Source: Candidatus Babeliaceae bacterium | Lineage (GTDB): Bacteria; Babelota; Babeliae; Babelales; Babelaceae | Direction: 5' to 3' | Assembly (NCBI GenBank): GCA_016933915.1 | Contig: JAFFZZ010000069.1 | Coordinates: 71 to 64,070, forward strand | Length of the DNA stretch: 64,000 bases | Shown here: positions 19,446-28,050 of the stretch, in pieces | Numbering within the stretch: the stretch's first letter is position 1 | Layout of the letters: each line of letters begins with the position of its first letter | Position numbers and translations under genes: made by a program | Notes under the pieces: model-generated | What the model was told of the DNA's origin: nothing | What the model saw: the letters and a program-made list of their open reading frames with translations, nothing else | The model's database searches: none

Positions 19446-19946
19446 TTATATGGCGTTGCTGAAATGTACTTCTAGGTCAGCGTAAATACCGCGTCTGACA
19501 GTAAGAGGCTGGGTGAAGTAGTAGTCGATAATAAGGTTGCCGATATTCGAATGATATTTTTCCCAGCCATTTTTCCATTCACCGGAGCTGCCGATTTTTA
19601 CCCGTTTGCCTTCGCGGTCGATTATGAGCGGTATGCGTTGATTGTTAAGTTTGATGGTGACGAGGCACTCATGATTACGGGTACATTTGCCGAGTCGCGT
19701 GTGATTTAAAATGAGTTTCCGTTCGCCAGAATTTACTATGGTTGAGTTGGAGCTATTGTTATTGATATGTCCTTGTTTGCAATAGGTGAGATAGAGAGGG
19801 TAGGGGGAATTATTAGTAAAATAGACGTCTGTAGTAGTCCACCCAGCTTTAAGAATGCCAGGGGTTCCGAAGATGAACAATCCGAATAATGCGATTCGAA
19901 GCAGGAATTCGCTTGCAAGCTGGTTTTCTTTGGCGTTCATCTCCAT
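19446..19946 (-). CDS. Small exported protein, unknown function
   Basis: 166-aa ORF with a signal-anchor (LLRIALFGLFIFGTPGILKA) followed by a sequence that looks beta-rich. Confidence 0.5.
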   Translation of the reverse strand: MEMNAKENQLASEFLLRIALFGLFIFGTPGILKAGWTTTDVYFTNNSPYPLYLTYCKQGHINNNSSNSTIVNSGERKLILNHTRLGKCTRNHECLVTIKLNNQRIPLIIDREGKRVKIGSSGEWKNGWEKYHSNIGNLIIDYYFTQPLTVRRGIYADLEVHFSNAI

Positions 19947-20065
19947 CTTCTAAACTCCATTTTTTGAAAAAATTTAGTTTTTTGCCTGGATGTTTTATTT
20001 TCAGTTTCATATTTATTTTAGATGCTTTGGGAATGGAGCTGCAAGAGATTGATGAGATTTTGGTG

Positions 20066-20095
20066 CAAAAAGAGGCGGGCAACCATCCCGCCTCT
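20066..20095 (-). terminator. Rho-independent terminator after 20139-20840
   Basis: On the minus strand: AGAGGCGGG, a 7-nt loop, CCCGCCTCT, then TTTTT. The 9-bp stem is GC-rich. Confidence 0.7.
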
Positions 20096-20138
20096 TTAAG
20101 TGATTAATTCGTTCAGAGGTTTTCTATAACAGTGTTGG

Positions 20139-20840
20139 TTAGTCTAAAAACTTCCTGTAGTCTATTTTTTGCTGTAATTTCTCACAGGGAGAAGAAAACG
20201 ACTGAGCATCAAGGATGATATTCCGCAACTCAGCTCCTACCAAGGATTCGTCTGTGTTTAATATTGTTTTTGCGTAATCGATCTTTTGAGCAAGCCTGTC
20301 TTTGACTTCTTGTGGGACTGAGCCGTCCATGATGAATTCGTTTTTAACAATTTTCCCTGACTTGTCTTTACAATATATTTTTGAAATTGCCTGAATATCA
20401 TTCATTGTTTTTTCAAGAACGATTACATAGTAATATTTACGTAATGGTTGAATGGTTGCTTCGTAAGCTTTTTCCGATATGTCTTTTCCCAAAGCCCATG
20501 TTTTTTTAGCGAGTAAACCGGTTCTTTGTGCAATGGTTCGGCTCCAAGAATCTTCCGGAAGCTTTTCGTAAAATGTGTTACAGATACCGCTGATTGTGTA
20601 AGCGCCAGTAATGAGTATGGTAGGGGTGAGTACGAACGGGTTTTTTATGAAATTGAATAACGCGTTACTTGTTCCTTGCGCAATCATCATGGATGCTTTG
20701 TATCCTTCAATACCAGCGTTGATTCCTGCCTTAAGTCCGCGATGGAAGCCGTTTGTGATAAGAGCCATGTTGCCTGCGTGTGCGGAATATCCTGCACAAA
20801 GGGACATGAGCGTACAAAATAAAAGAAATTGTTTTTTCAT
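20139..20840 (-). CDS. Exported protein with second hydrophobic segment, unknown function
   Basis: Signal peptide MKKQFLLFCTLMSLCAGYSAHA. A second hydrophobic stretch FVLTPTILITGAYTISGI is followed by FYEKLPED. Confidence 0.6.
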   Translation of the reverse strand: MKKQFLLFCTLMSLCAGYSAHAGNMALITNGFHRGLKAGINAGIEGYKASMMIAQGTSNALFNFIKNPFVLTPTILITGAYTISGICNTFYEKLPEDSWSRTIAQRTGLLAKKTWALGKDISEKAYEATIQPLRKYYYVIVLEKTMNDIQAISKIYCKDKSGKIVKNEFIMDGSVPQEVKDRLAQKIDYAKTILNTDESLVGAELRNIILDAQSFSSPCEKLQQKIDYRKFLD

Positions 20841-20895
20841 GTTTTTAATCCTTATTTTTTGATAGTTGGGTTGATTTTAAATGGAGCTGAAGGCC

Positions 20896-21720
20896 TTAGT
20901 TGAAGAGCTTGTTTTCGATTTCTTTAGCGAACTTCTCTTTTTCTTCTTCGCTACTGTGGATTTCTTCCCCATATTTATTAACATTTATGGCGACAACCCA
21001 ATTTTTGATGTTAATGTCTTTAGGTTTATCGATCTTTTCAATATTGGTATTTTTGAATAGATCATCGAATGCACATGCGAGACTATTTCTATGCCCGTTA
21101 AGCTCTTTTTCGATTTCTTCGAGATTAGCCGTTTGGAAGAGACATTTAATAAGAGCGATTTCATTCATGCATGCGACAATTTTCTTTGTGTACGCGTCCA
21201 CCTGCCCGATAGTAAGATCGGTGTCCCCATTTCCATAAATTTTGAAAAGCAAATCAAGTTCTTTATCCAGAATTTCTTTAAGCTTTGGGATGGCATTTGC
21301 CTCTTCTGTTCGATAATTTGGGTTGTTTTGTGAAGCCTCTATTTCTTTACGTAAAGTATTACTTAACGCCTCGAATTGCTTCTTTGCCCACCAGATACGA
21401 ATTTGTGTTGCTGGTACTGCGGCGCCGTTACATATAGTCCCCACGATTGTCTTTTTCTGTTCAGGGGTAAGTTTATCATAGAGATAACTTGCCCCAATAC
21501 TCAGTCCGGCAACAATACTAAGGGTAATACCACTTATGAGTGATGTTTTGAGAAGTTTGCTTCCTGTTGTTGCGTTCTTGAAAGATGGGATGATCCCAAC
21601 AGCATTGATTGTTTGAATGTTTTTAGGAGTAAGGCCAGTTTTTTCCATTGCGCTTGCTGATGATATGCTGCCAAGTAAGATACAGATAGCTGCGATAGAA
21701 CTTATAATTTCTTTTTTCAT
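20896..21720 (-). CDS. Exported protein with second hydrophobic segment, distant paralog of 20139-20840
   Basis: Signal peptide MKKEIISSIAAICILLGSISSASA. A second hydrophobic stretch LISGITLSIVAGLSIGA is followed by LYDKLTPEQ, giving the same layout as its neighbour. Confidence 0.6.
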   Translation of the reverse strand: MKKEIISSIAAICILLGSISSASAMEKTGLTPKNIQTINAVGIIPSFKNATTGSKLLKTSLISGITLSIVAGLSIGASYLYDKLTPEQKKTIVGTICNGAAVPATQIRIWWAKKQFEALSNTLRKEIEASQNNPNYRTEEANAIPKLKEILDKELDLLFKIYGNGDTDLTIGQVDAYTKKIVACMNEIALIKCLFQTANLEEIEKELNGHRNSLACAFDDLFKNTNIEKIDKPKDINIKNWVVAINVNKYGEEIHSSEEEKEKFAKEIENKLFN

Positions 21721-21799
21721 AGTTAACTCTTCCGTTTTTTAACCGATTTTTATTCAAATAGAAACTTGCATGGATTTCGGTTTCGTTTAACACACAAAA

Positions 21800-21828
21800 A
21801 GTGTAAGTCGGAAATTGTTTTTTGTCAA
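21800..21828 (-). promoter_or_regulatory. Sigma70-type promoter for 20896-21720
   Basis: On the minus strand: TTGACA (21828-21823), a 17-nt spacer, then TACACT (21805-21800). Confidence 0.45.
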
Positions 21829-21879
21829 AAACCCGGGTGGTGGAATTAGATTAGGCTCTATCCGGAAATTATTCTGACC

Positions 21880-22061
21880 TTAAATGCGAACGTATATCCC
21901 ACTCACCGTTCGCCCTGAATGTAGTCCCACAGGGGCGTAATCGAACGGGTTGCGAACGCATATATTCCCTTTACTCCCGCTCGTATCCATTCGACTCCGT
22001 TAGGACGAACGGGAATGGCAATCAGCGCCGCTACACGATAAACGGGATGGTTTAAAAACCA
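21880..22061. other. GC-rich structured non-coding island (candidate ncRNA or regulatory element); also carries an unconvincing 67-aa ORF
   Basis: 21901-21960 is 35/60 G+C, against a visibly AT-richer surrounding. CGAACG(G) occurs four times (21887, 21942, 21953, 22006) and its complement twice (CCGTTCGC at 21906; shorter CCGTT at 21997), allowing mutually exclusive helices. The hexamer falls in different codon phases of the 21903-22106 ORF. Confidence 0.3.
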
Positions 22062-22124
22062 TTTGCTGACATCTTTTCTTTTTAAAGTAATTTTCGGACA
22101 GAGCATAATGCTTGTGAGATGCTC

Positions 22125-22159
22125 AAAAAAGGGGAGGAGCCGCTGGACGCAGCTCCCCT
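22125..22159 (-). terminator. Rho-independent terminator after lon and the lipoprotein gene
   Basis: On the minus strand: GGGGAGCTGC, loop GTCCA, GCGGCTCCTCCCC (one bulge), then TTTTTT. Confidence 0.55.
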
Positions 22160-22182
22160 TACAGAACTGAATTGGGTTGTTT

Positions 22183-22383
22183 TTACTTAACCATTGGTGC
22201 TGGTGCCGGTGCCGCTGGAGTTGGGGTTGGTGCTGGTGCTGCTTGCGGCATTGGTGCTGGTTCTGGGGCAGGAGCGGGAGCTGGTGTAGGTGTTGGGGCT
22301 GAGGTTGGTGCTTTTTTTAGCCAGCCGCAACCAGTAAGAATGCCGAGAGAGAGGAGTAACATACAGAACGAAAGCTTCTTCAT
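22183..22383 (-). CDS. Small Pro/Ala-rich lipoprotein
   Basis: The ATG at 22383 follows an AAGGA SD. MKKLSFCMLLLSLGILTGC contains a lipobox (LTGC). The mature part is APTPTPAPAPAPEPAP... It starts 45 nt downstream of the lon stop and a terminator follows. Confidence 0.7.
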   Translation of the reverse strand: MKKLSFCMLLLSLGILTGCGWLKKAPTSAPTPTPAPAPAPEPAPMPQAAPAPTPTPAAPAPAPMVK

Positions 22384-22427
22384 TTGAAGTCCTTCTTTAA
22401 AAATTAAACTGATAAAATGTAACAAAT

Positions 22428-24836
22428 CTAGGCTCGAACAAATGGATTTTGCTCAAGAGCATTTTCCAAAACTTCGTCCATAGTGTTTACATATATAATC
22501 TTGAGATTACCCTTCTTGTCAATCTCTTCTACGATTTTAATACCCTCTTCGCGGTTTTCTAGTGGGACTAGAACGGTCTTCGCGCCATATTGTTGTGCTG
22601 CAATCAATTTTTCCTTCAATCCGCCAATCGGAAGTACCCGGCCGCTTAATGTAATTTCACCGGTCATGGCAACGCGTGTTTTGAGTGGTATTTTGGTGCA
22701 TACCGAAACGAGAGCAGAACACATAGTAATTCCTGCCGAGGGACCATCCTTAGGTGTTGCTCCTTCAGGGACGTGTAGGTGGAAATCGTTATCCTTGAAT
22801 ATGTTTTTTGCGAGACCCATTCGTTCGCTTCGTGAACGAACAAAACTGAGTGCGGCCTGCGCTGATTCGCGCATAACATCTCCAAGTTGCCCGGTGATGG
22901 TCATTTCACCTTTGCCGGGCATGGCGAGCGCTTCAACTTCAAGTACATCGCCACCCATTTCCGTCCAGGCGAGGCCGACAGCGCGTCCAACGCGAATTTC
23001 CGTTTTTTCCAATTGGCGCATGCGGAATGGAGGGATGCCGAGCCATTCGTGACATTGGGGTTCGGTTATTTTTACTAACGGGTGCTCAGCTATTGGAGCA
23101 GCATTAGCAGCTTCAGAAGCAGCGCACTTTTTACCTTTTTTGGGGACGAGAATATGACGAATGACATTCCGGACCATTTTCGCTAGTTTTTGTTCAAGCT
23201 GACGTACTCCAGCCTCTTTTGTGTAATCATTAATGATGAGCTGTAGTATTTTTTTGGGAAGCGAGAATGATTTTTCATGAACACCATACTCATGAAGAAT
23301 TTTAGGAATGAGGTGTTGTTGCGCGATATTCATCTTTTCTTCTGCAGTGTATCCCGAAAGGTTGATAATCTCCATGCGGTCGAAGAGCGGGTAAGGGATT
23401 CCCTCTGGATGGTTTGCGGTGGTAATGAACATTACGCGTGAGAGGTCGTATCCGACCTCGAGAAAGTTGTCCACAAACGCTTTGTTTTGTTCTGGGTCCA
23501 GGGCCTCAAGAAGCGCCGCTGCCGGGTCTCCATTCGTGTCATTAGTTAACTTATCTATTTCGTCAAGCAAGATGACAGGGTTGACTGTTTTAACTGTTGA
23601 TAGGCCTTGTATGATTTTGCCTGGCATGGCGCCAATGTATGTACGCCTGTGGCCGCGAATTTCGGCCTCATCGTGAGTTCCACCGAGCGAGATTCGAACA
23701 AACTCTCGGCCTAGTGCTAACGCGATAGATCGAGCAAGTGATGTTTTTCCAACACCAGGAGGGCCGACTAAACATAAAATAGGTGATCTTTTTAAATCGG
23801 GATTAAATTTTTTAGCGGCAATAAATTCGAGAATTCGCTCTTTGACTTTTGCAAGACCGTAATGGTCGCGATCAAGCTGGGCTTCTGCCTGCTTTAAGCT
23901 AATCCGATCTTTAGCCTGTTGGTACCACGGGAGCGTTAGGATCCAGTCAATATACGTTCTGCTAACGGTGCTTTCAGCTGACATTGGCTGCATCTGCTCA
24001 AGACGTCGGATTTCGCGTTCTACCTTTTGGGCGACAGCTTCAGGTAGGTGGGCAAGAATCACTCGTTCGCGAAGTGCTGCAAGATCGGCATGCATATCAT
24101 CGCGCCCGAGTTCTTTATGGATGGCTTTAATCTGCTCGTTGAGGTAGTATTCTCGCTGATTTTTTTCTACCTGGGATTGAACTTGATCTCGAATGCGAGT
24201 TTCTGTTTTAAGAATGTCTATCTCTCGTTCAATGAATCCGTAAAGCTTATGGAGCCGCTCTTTGAGGTTGATGGATTCAAGCAGTGCTTGTCTGTCTTGG
24301 AAGCTAAACCCGCTGTGTATAGCCATAGTGTCGGCTGCATCGGATACGTTGTTAATATTGTTTACGTGGGCGAGTATTGTTGATGGGATTTCATTGCTTA
24401 TCTGAACATACTGTTTGTAGCGTGACCGTACCTGGCGCCATAAAGCCTGGGCTTCAATATCGTTTTCTTCCTCTATAGTGGGAAGGTCAGCGATATTGGC
24501 GAGCCAAAGATCGTTTTGGTCTTCGCTTGAGAGTATTTTGACGCGTCCTATCCCCTCGAGAAGCACTTTAACTGCGCCTTTTGGGGCTTGCATGACCTGC
24601 AAAATGCTTGCACGAGCTCCAACGGTAAATAGATCTGTTGGTTGTACCTCTTCAATCAGGGAATCGCGTTGGGCGGCTACACAAAGTTCACGATTGCCGT
24701 CAAGAGCTACTTTAAGCGCTTGGATCGATCGCTCGCGACCAATGATAAGTGGTACTATGCTCTTAGGGAGCAATACAATATTTTTAAGGGGGAGTAACGG
24801 TAATGAATGCACTTTTTTCTCTGTTTTCTCTGTCAT
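22428..24836 (-). CDS. lon: ATP-dependent Lon protease
   Basis: LON N-terminal domain (LPLLPLKNIVLLP), Walker A GPPGVGKTSLARSIA, catalytic Ser context PKDGPSAGITMC, and Lys in GGLKEK. Confidence 0.95.
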   Translation of the reverse strand: MTEKTEKKVHSLPLLPLKNIVLLPKSIVPLIIGRERSIQALKVALDGNRELCVAAQRDSLIEEVQPTDLFTVGARASILQVMQAPKGAVKVLLEGIGRVKILSSEDQNDLWLANIADLPTIEEENDIEAQALWRQVRSRYKQYVQISNEIPSTILAHVNNINNVSDAADTMAIHSGFSFQDRQALLESINLKERLHKLYGFIEREIDILKTETRIRDQVQSQVEKNQREYYLNEQIKAIHKELGRDDMHADLAALRERVILAHLPEAVAQKVEREIRRLEQMQPMSAESTVSRTYIDWILTLPWYQQAKDRISLKQAEAQLDRDHYGLAKVKERILEFIAAKKFNPDLKRSPILCLVGPPGVGKTSLARSIALALGREFVRISLGGTHDEAEIRGHRRTYIGAMPGKIIQGLSTVKTVNPVILLDEIDKLTNDTNGDPAAALLEALDPEQNKAFVDNFLEVGYDLSRVMFITTANHPEGIPYPLFDRMEIINLSGYTAEEKMNIAQQHLIPKILHEYGVHEKSFSLPKKILQLIINDYTKEAGVRQLEQKLAKMVRNVIRHILVPKKGKKCAASEAANAAPIAEHPLVKITEPQCHEWLGIPPFRMRQLEKTEIRVGRAVGLAWTEMGGDVLEVEALAMPGKGEMTITGQLGDVMRESAQAALSFVRSRSERMGLAKNIFKDNDFHLHVPEGATPKDGPSAGITMCSALVSVCTKIPLKTRVAMTGEITLSGRVLPIGGLKEKLIAAQQYGAKTVLVPLENREEGIKIVEEIDKKGNLKIIYVNTMDEVLENALEQNPFVRA

Positions 24837-24909
24837 AAAGCTCTCACTTCCAATTTTTCAGTAATTATCTTTTAGTCTAGCATGTCTAACTTTTAGAGTA
24901 AAATATGCT

Positions 24910-24938
24910 TTTACAAAAGGAATTCTCTTCTTTATACT
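24910..24938 (+). promoter_or_regulatory. Sigma70-type promoter for the first NTT gene
   Basis: TTTACA (24910-24915), a 17-nt spacer, then TATACT (24933-24938). The predicted transcription start is only a few nt before the ATG at 24948. Confidence 0.55.
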
Positions 24939-24947
24939 GGGGATAAT

Positions 24948-26420
24948 ATGATGTTACGCATCGTTTTATTCTTTGAAAGGAACATGGTTTCTATGAGTAT
25001 GTATTTATGGGCGCTCTTGGCCGCTATTCCGGTGGTGGGAATTCTCTATGCGACAGGGCTTTTGCAAAAACTCTTTAGGCTGATTTATGGGGACTTTGAG
25101 CCTGCGGAGCGCAATAAGTTCCTTCTCTACGGAACGCTTTTCTTCTTTATTATCGGTATTTACTGGTCTCTCCGTTGTGTCAAAGATGCTATTTTTAGTT
25201 CTTTTATTGGGGCGGATTACATTTGGCAGGCAAAGATTCTTTCGATGTTCGTTGTTTTCCCCATTGTAATTTTGTACAGCTATCTCGTCGATCTTTTTCC
25301 ACGGCATCGTCTCTTTTATGCCCTATCGGTTATCTACTCCACTCTTTTTGTTGGGCTTTCATGGTTTTTGACGAATGAAAGCTATGGTGTTTACGCACCT
25401 CAGGGGGCTCGCTGGAGACTTCTTGGATGGGTGTCATACATTGTTATAGAAAGCTTTGGGTCTTTGCTTCCTGCGCTCTTTTATTCGTTTATGGCTGATA
25501 CGACAACGCCAGAATCAGGTAAAAAGGGCTTCTTTATAACAGCAACTTTTGCACAGGTCGGTGCCATTATTGGCTCCGGTGTTGTTGCGGTGCGTAGTGC
25601 CTGCTGGGGCGTTCCATTCTGTGTTCGGCTTGCTGGTTTTGCTGTTTTGGCAATTATTCCTGTGGTTGCGTTTATTAATTGGGCAATTCCAAAAGCAGCT
25701 CTTGCTGGGTATCAGGCAAAAGGGGAAGAGAAAACTAAAGCTGGTTTCTGGGAGGGCGTGCGCCTTCTTGTCACGCAACCATACTTGCTCGGTATTTTTG
25801 TTGTGGTCTTTTCTTTTGAGGCTGTAGTTACCATTATGGATCTTCAATTTAAGATCTTTATTGGCCAGGCAACAAAAGCGGGTGGTGCGAGTGCATTTGC
25901 AGGAATTGCTGGCGGGTTTGGCACCATGGTAAGTACTGTTGCGCTGATTTCCCTTCTTCTTGGTATTGGTAATATCGGTCGTAAGATTGGTATACGCCTT
26001 TCGCTTGCATTGATACCGGTGCTTATCGCGGGTGGTGTTGTATTAATGTATTTTGCTTCCGGTTCACCACAAGCGCTTTGGTATGCGTTCTGGGTTTGTG
26101 TCTTTGCCAAAGCGATTAACTATGCGTTGGGGCAGCCATCGAAAGAACAGCTGTATATTCCGACATCGAAAGATGCCAAGTATAAATCTAAAGCGCTCCT
26201 TGAGATGTTTGGCGGCCGCTCGTCAAAAGCGAGTGGTGCTGCGGTGATGGGCTTAAAGCAGTGGATGGATAAGGCTTCTGCGCTTGCAGGCTCTGTGGGG
26301 CATGGTTTGTTCTTTATTACGGCGGCCTCCCTGGGCGTCTGTGCCTTCTGGTTTGCTGTTGCCTTGTATTTAGGTAAGAGAAACAGGCAGGCGGTTGAAC
26401 GCAACGAAGTGGTCTGTTAA
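24948..26420 (+). CDS. ATP/ADP (nucleotide) translocase, NTT/Tlc family, copy 1
   Basis: Polytopic ~12-TM protein with family-typical blocks (RNKFLLYGTLFFFIIGIYWSLRCVKD, AKILSMFVVFPIVILYSYLVDLFPRHRLFY, KEQLYIPTSKDAKYKSKA). The start is uncertain: 24948 would be near-leaderless, and 24984 is an alternative. Confidence 0.85.
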   Translation: MMLRIVLFFERNMVSMSMYLWALLAAIPVVGILYATGLLQKLFRLIYGDFEPAERNKFLLYGTLFFFIIGIYWSLRCVKDAIFSSFIGADYIWQAKILSMFVVFPIVILYSYLVDLFPRHRLFYALSVIYSTLFVGLSWFLTNESYGVYAPQGARWRLLGWVSYIVIESFGSLLPALFYSFMADTTTPESGKKGFFITATFAQVGAIIGSGVVAVRSACWGVPFCVRLAGFAVLAIIPVVAFINWAIPKAALAGYQAKGEEKTKAGFWEGVRLLVTQPYLLGIFVVVFSFEAVVTIMDLQFKIFIGQATKAGGASAFAGIAGGFGTMVSTVALISLLLGIGNIGRKIGIRLSLALIPVLIAGGVVLMYFASGSPQALWYAFWVCVFAKAINYALGQPSKEQLYIPTSKDAKYKSKALLEMFGGRSSKASGAAVMGLKQWMDKASALAGSVGHGLFFITAASLGVCAFWFAVALYLGKRNRQAVERNEVVC

Positions 26421-26428
26421 TGAAATTA

Positions 26429-26468
26429 GGGGCTGGTAAATGTAACGTTACCAGCCCCTCTCTGTTTT
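26429..26468 (+). terminator. Rho-independent terminator between the two NTT genes
   Basis: GGGGCTGGTAA (26429-26439), an 8-nt loop, TTACCAGCCCC (26448-26458), then TCTCTGTTTT. Confidence 0.7.
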
Positions 26469-26519
26469 AGAAGAGCGATAAAAAGAGATTTAATATAATT
26501 AGTGGGAGGGCGACACGGT

Positions 26520-27935
26520 ATGAAAAATCAGGAACGAAAGATTGCCAATTCGGGGATATGGAGCGATTCGATTGAATTACGTAAGTTTCTGATTTTGGCG
26601 GCGGTTTTCTTTTTGGTGATTGGTGGGTACACCGTTATCAAAGAGCTCAAGGACTTTGTCTTCATTAATATCGTTGGCTTGCGGGAATTAAATTATGCCA
26701 AAATGCTTTCGATGGTCGTTTTGATTCCTCTCGTTTTTCTCTATTCTCGCTTTGTTGATTTGTTGCGTCGGCACCAGCTTATCTATCTCTACTCTATTAT
26801 TTATGGGTTGGGGGGTATCATTTTTGCGTACTTCTTGGGGCATCCGACGATTGGGCTTGCGAATACGATGCAAAGTTCTTCGCGGCTTTTTGGCTGGTTC
26901 TTTTATTTTTTTATCGAAGGGTATCAGCCTTTTGTGATAAGTCTTATCTGGGCGTTTGTGAACTCTATCACCAGGGCTGAGGATGTTCAAAATGGGTATG
27001 TGGTGGTGACAGCGAGTTCAAAAATTGGTGGTGCCTTAACTGCTGCGCTTGCCTGGTTTTACCTGAATAGTCGTTATGTCTCTTGTGAACCAATGTCTGT
27101 GGGGAGCTATCAGCTTATTATGGTTGCCGCTTCCTGCATGTTGCTTTTGGTGCCTTTTGTCATCTTTTTTCTTATGAAAAAAATTCCGGCATCCCATATG
27201 CATGGGTATGAGGCGGTGTATAAATTTGAAAAGAAGCATGAGAAGGAATTGAAAAAACAGGAGGGTAGTTTGAAAGAGAACTTAGTGAGTATGTTCTCCG
27301 GACTCTATATTCTTTTTCGTTATCCCTACTTACTTGGCGTGTTTGGCATGATCTTCTTTTGGGAGATTGTGAATGTTATTTTTAACTTCATCCGCCTTTC
27401 AGTTGGACAGGCGGCAGCGCATACGCCAACAGAGTTCTGTGCCTTTTTGTATGGGCAGATTTGTCTTTTCCATCTTGTTGGACTGGTGTTCGTCTTGTTG
27501 GGGACAAGGAATTTTATCCGTTGGTTTGGCGAGCGTAAAAGCTTGATTGCTGTTCCGCTGTTGATTGGTGCGGTAATTTGTTATTACCTTACGGTTCGAA
27601 CTGCTACGGCAGCTGCATTGGCATATATTGTGTTGAGGGCTATTAATTATGCCTTTGCTTATCCGCTTCGCGAAAGTCTCTATATCCCAACTACTAAGGC
27701 GGCGAAGTTCAAGACTAAGTCTTGGATTGACGGCTTTGGCGCCAAGCTTTCGAAGTCATTCGGCAGTTGCTACAACATTATAGTAAGCTCGGTTGCTTCA
27801 TCTCTTCTTTTCTCAGTGCATATTGTCTTTTTTGCCGGTGTCATTGGGTTGTGGACGTTGGTTGCCAACTGGCTTGGCAGGCGATTCGAGACAGCTGTTA
27901 AGAATAATGAGGTTATTGGAGTTGAAGAAATATAG
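26520..27935 (+). CDS. ATP/ADP (nucleotide) translocase, NTT/Tlc family, copy 2
   Basis: The ATG at 26520 follows the SD GGGAGGG (the track starts at a GTG, 26502). The protein is collinear with copy 1 (LRKFLILAAVFFLVIGGYTVIKELKD, AKMLSMVVLIPLVFLYSRFVDLLRRHQLIY, RESLYIPTTKAAKFKTKS). Confidence 0.85.
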   Translation: MKNQERKIANSGIWSDSIELRKFLILAAVFFLVIGGYTVIKELKDFVFINIVGLRELNYAKMLSMVVLIPLVFLYSRFVDLLRRHQLIYLYSIIYGLGGIIFAYFLGHPTIGLANTMQSSSRLFGWFFYFFIEGYQPFVISLIWAFVNSITRAEDVQNGYVVVTASSKIGGALTAALAWFYLNSRYVSCEPMSVGSYQLIMVAASCMLLLVPFVIFFLMKKIPASHMHGYEAVYKFEKKHEKELKKQEGSLKENLVSMFSGLYILFRYPYLLGVFGMIFFWEIVNVIFNFIRLSVGQAAAHTPTEFCAFLYGQICLFHLVGLVFVLLGTRNFIRWFGERKSLIAVPLLIGAVICYYLTVRTATAAALAYIVLRAINYAFAYPLRESLYIPTTKAAKFKTKSWIDGFGAKLSKSFGSCYNIIVSSVASSLLFSVHIVFFAGVIGLWTLVANWLGRRFETAVKNNEVIGVEEI

Positions 27936-28050
27936 GGTTGGTGTACACTTTAGATAGTTTTTGTATATCCGCTGCGACATAAAAACGGGTGGCTGCTGAT
28001 TTTTTTCAATATCAGGCCGTGTTGTAGCTCAGTAACCCGCGAGGTTTTTC

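Noticed and set aside
21838-21844. TGGTGGA read as the 3' CCA end of a minus-strand tmRNA or tRNA.
   Set aside because: The upstream sequence has no T-arm (GTTCGAATC-like) and no acceptor-stem partner.
22172-22387. 71-aa Gly/Ala/Val-rich plus-strand ORF.
   Set aside because: It is the mirror image of the Pro/Ala-repeat lipoprotein gene on the minus strand. That gene has an SD, a signal peptide with lipobox, and a terminator.
28015-28044. GGCCGTGTTGTAGCTCAGTAACCC, which resembles a tRNA acceptor plus D-arm just upstream of rpsB.
   Set aside because: No anticodon arm or T-arm follows, and the sequence runs straight into the rpsB SD and start. It is probably chance similarity or part of the rpsB leader.
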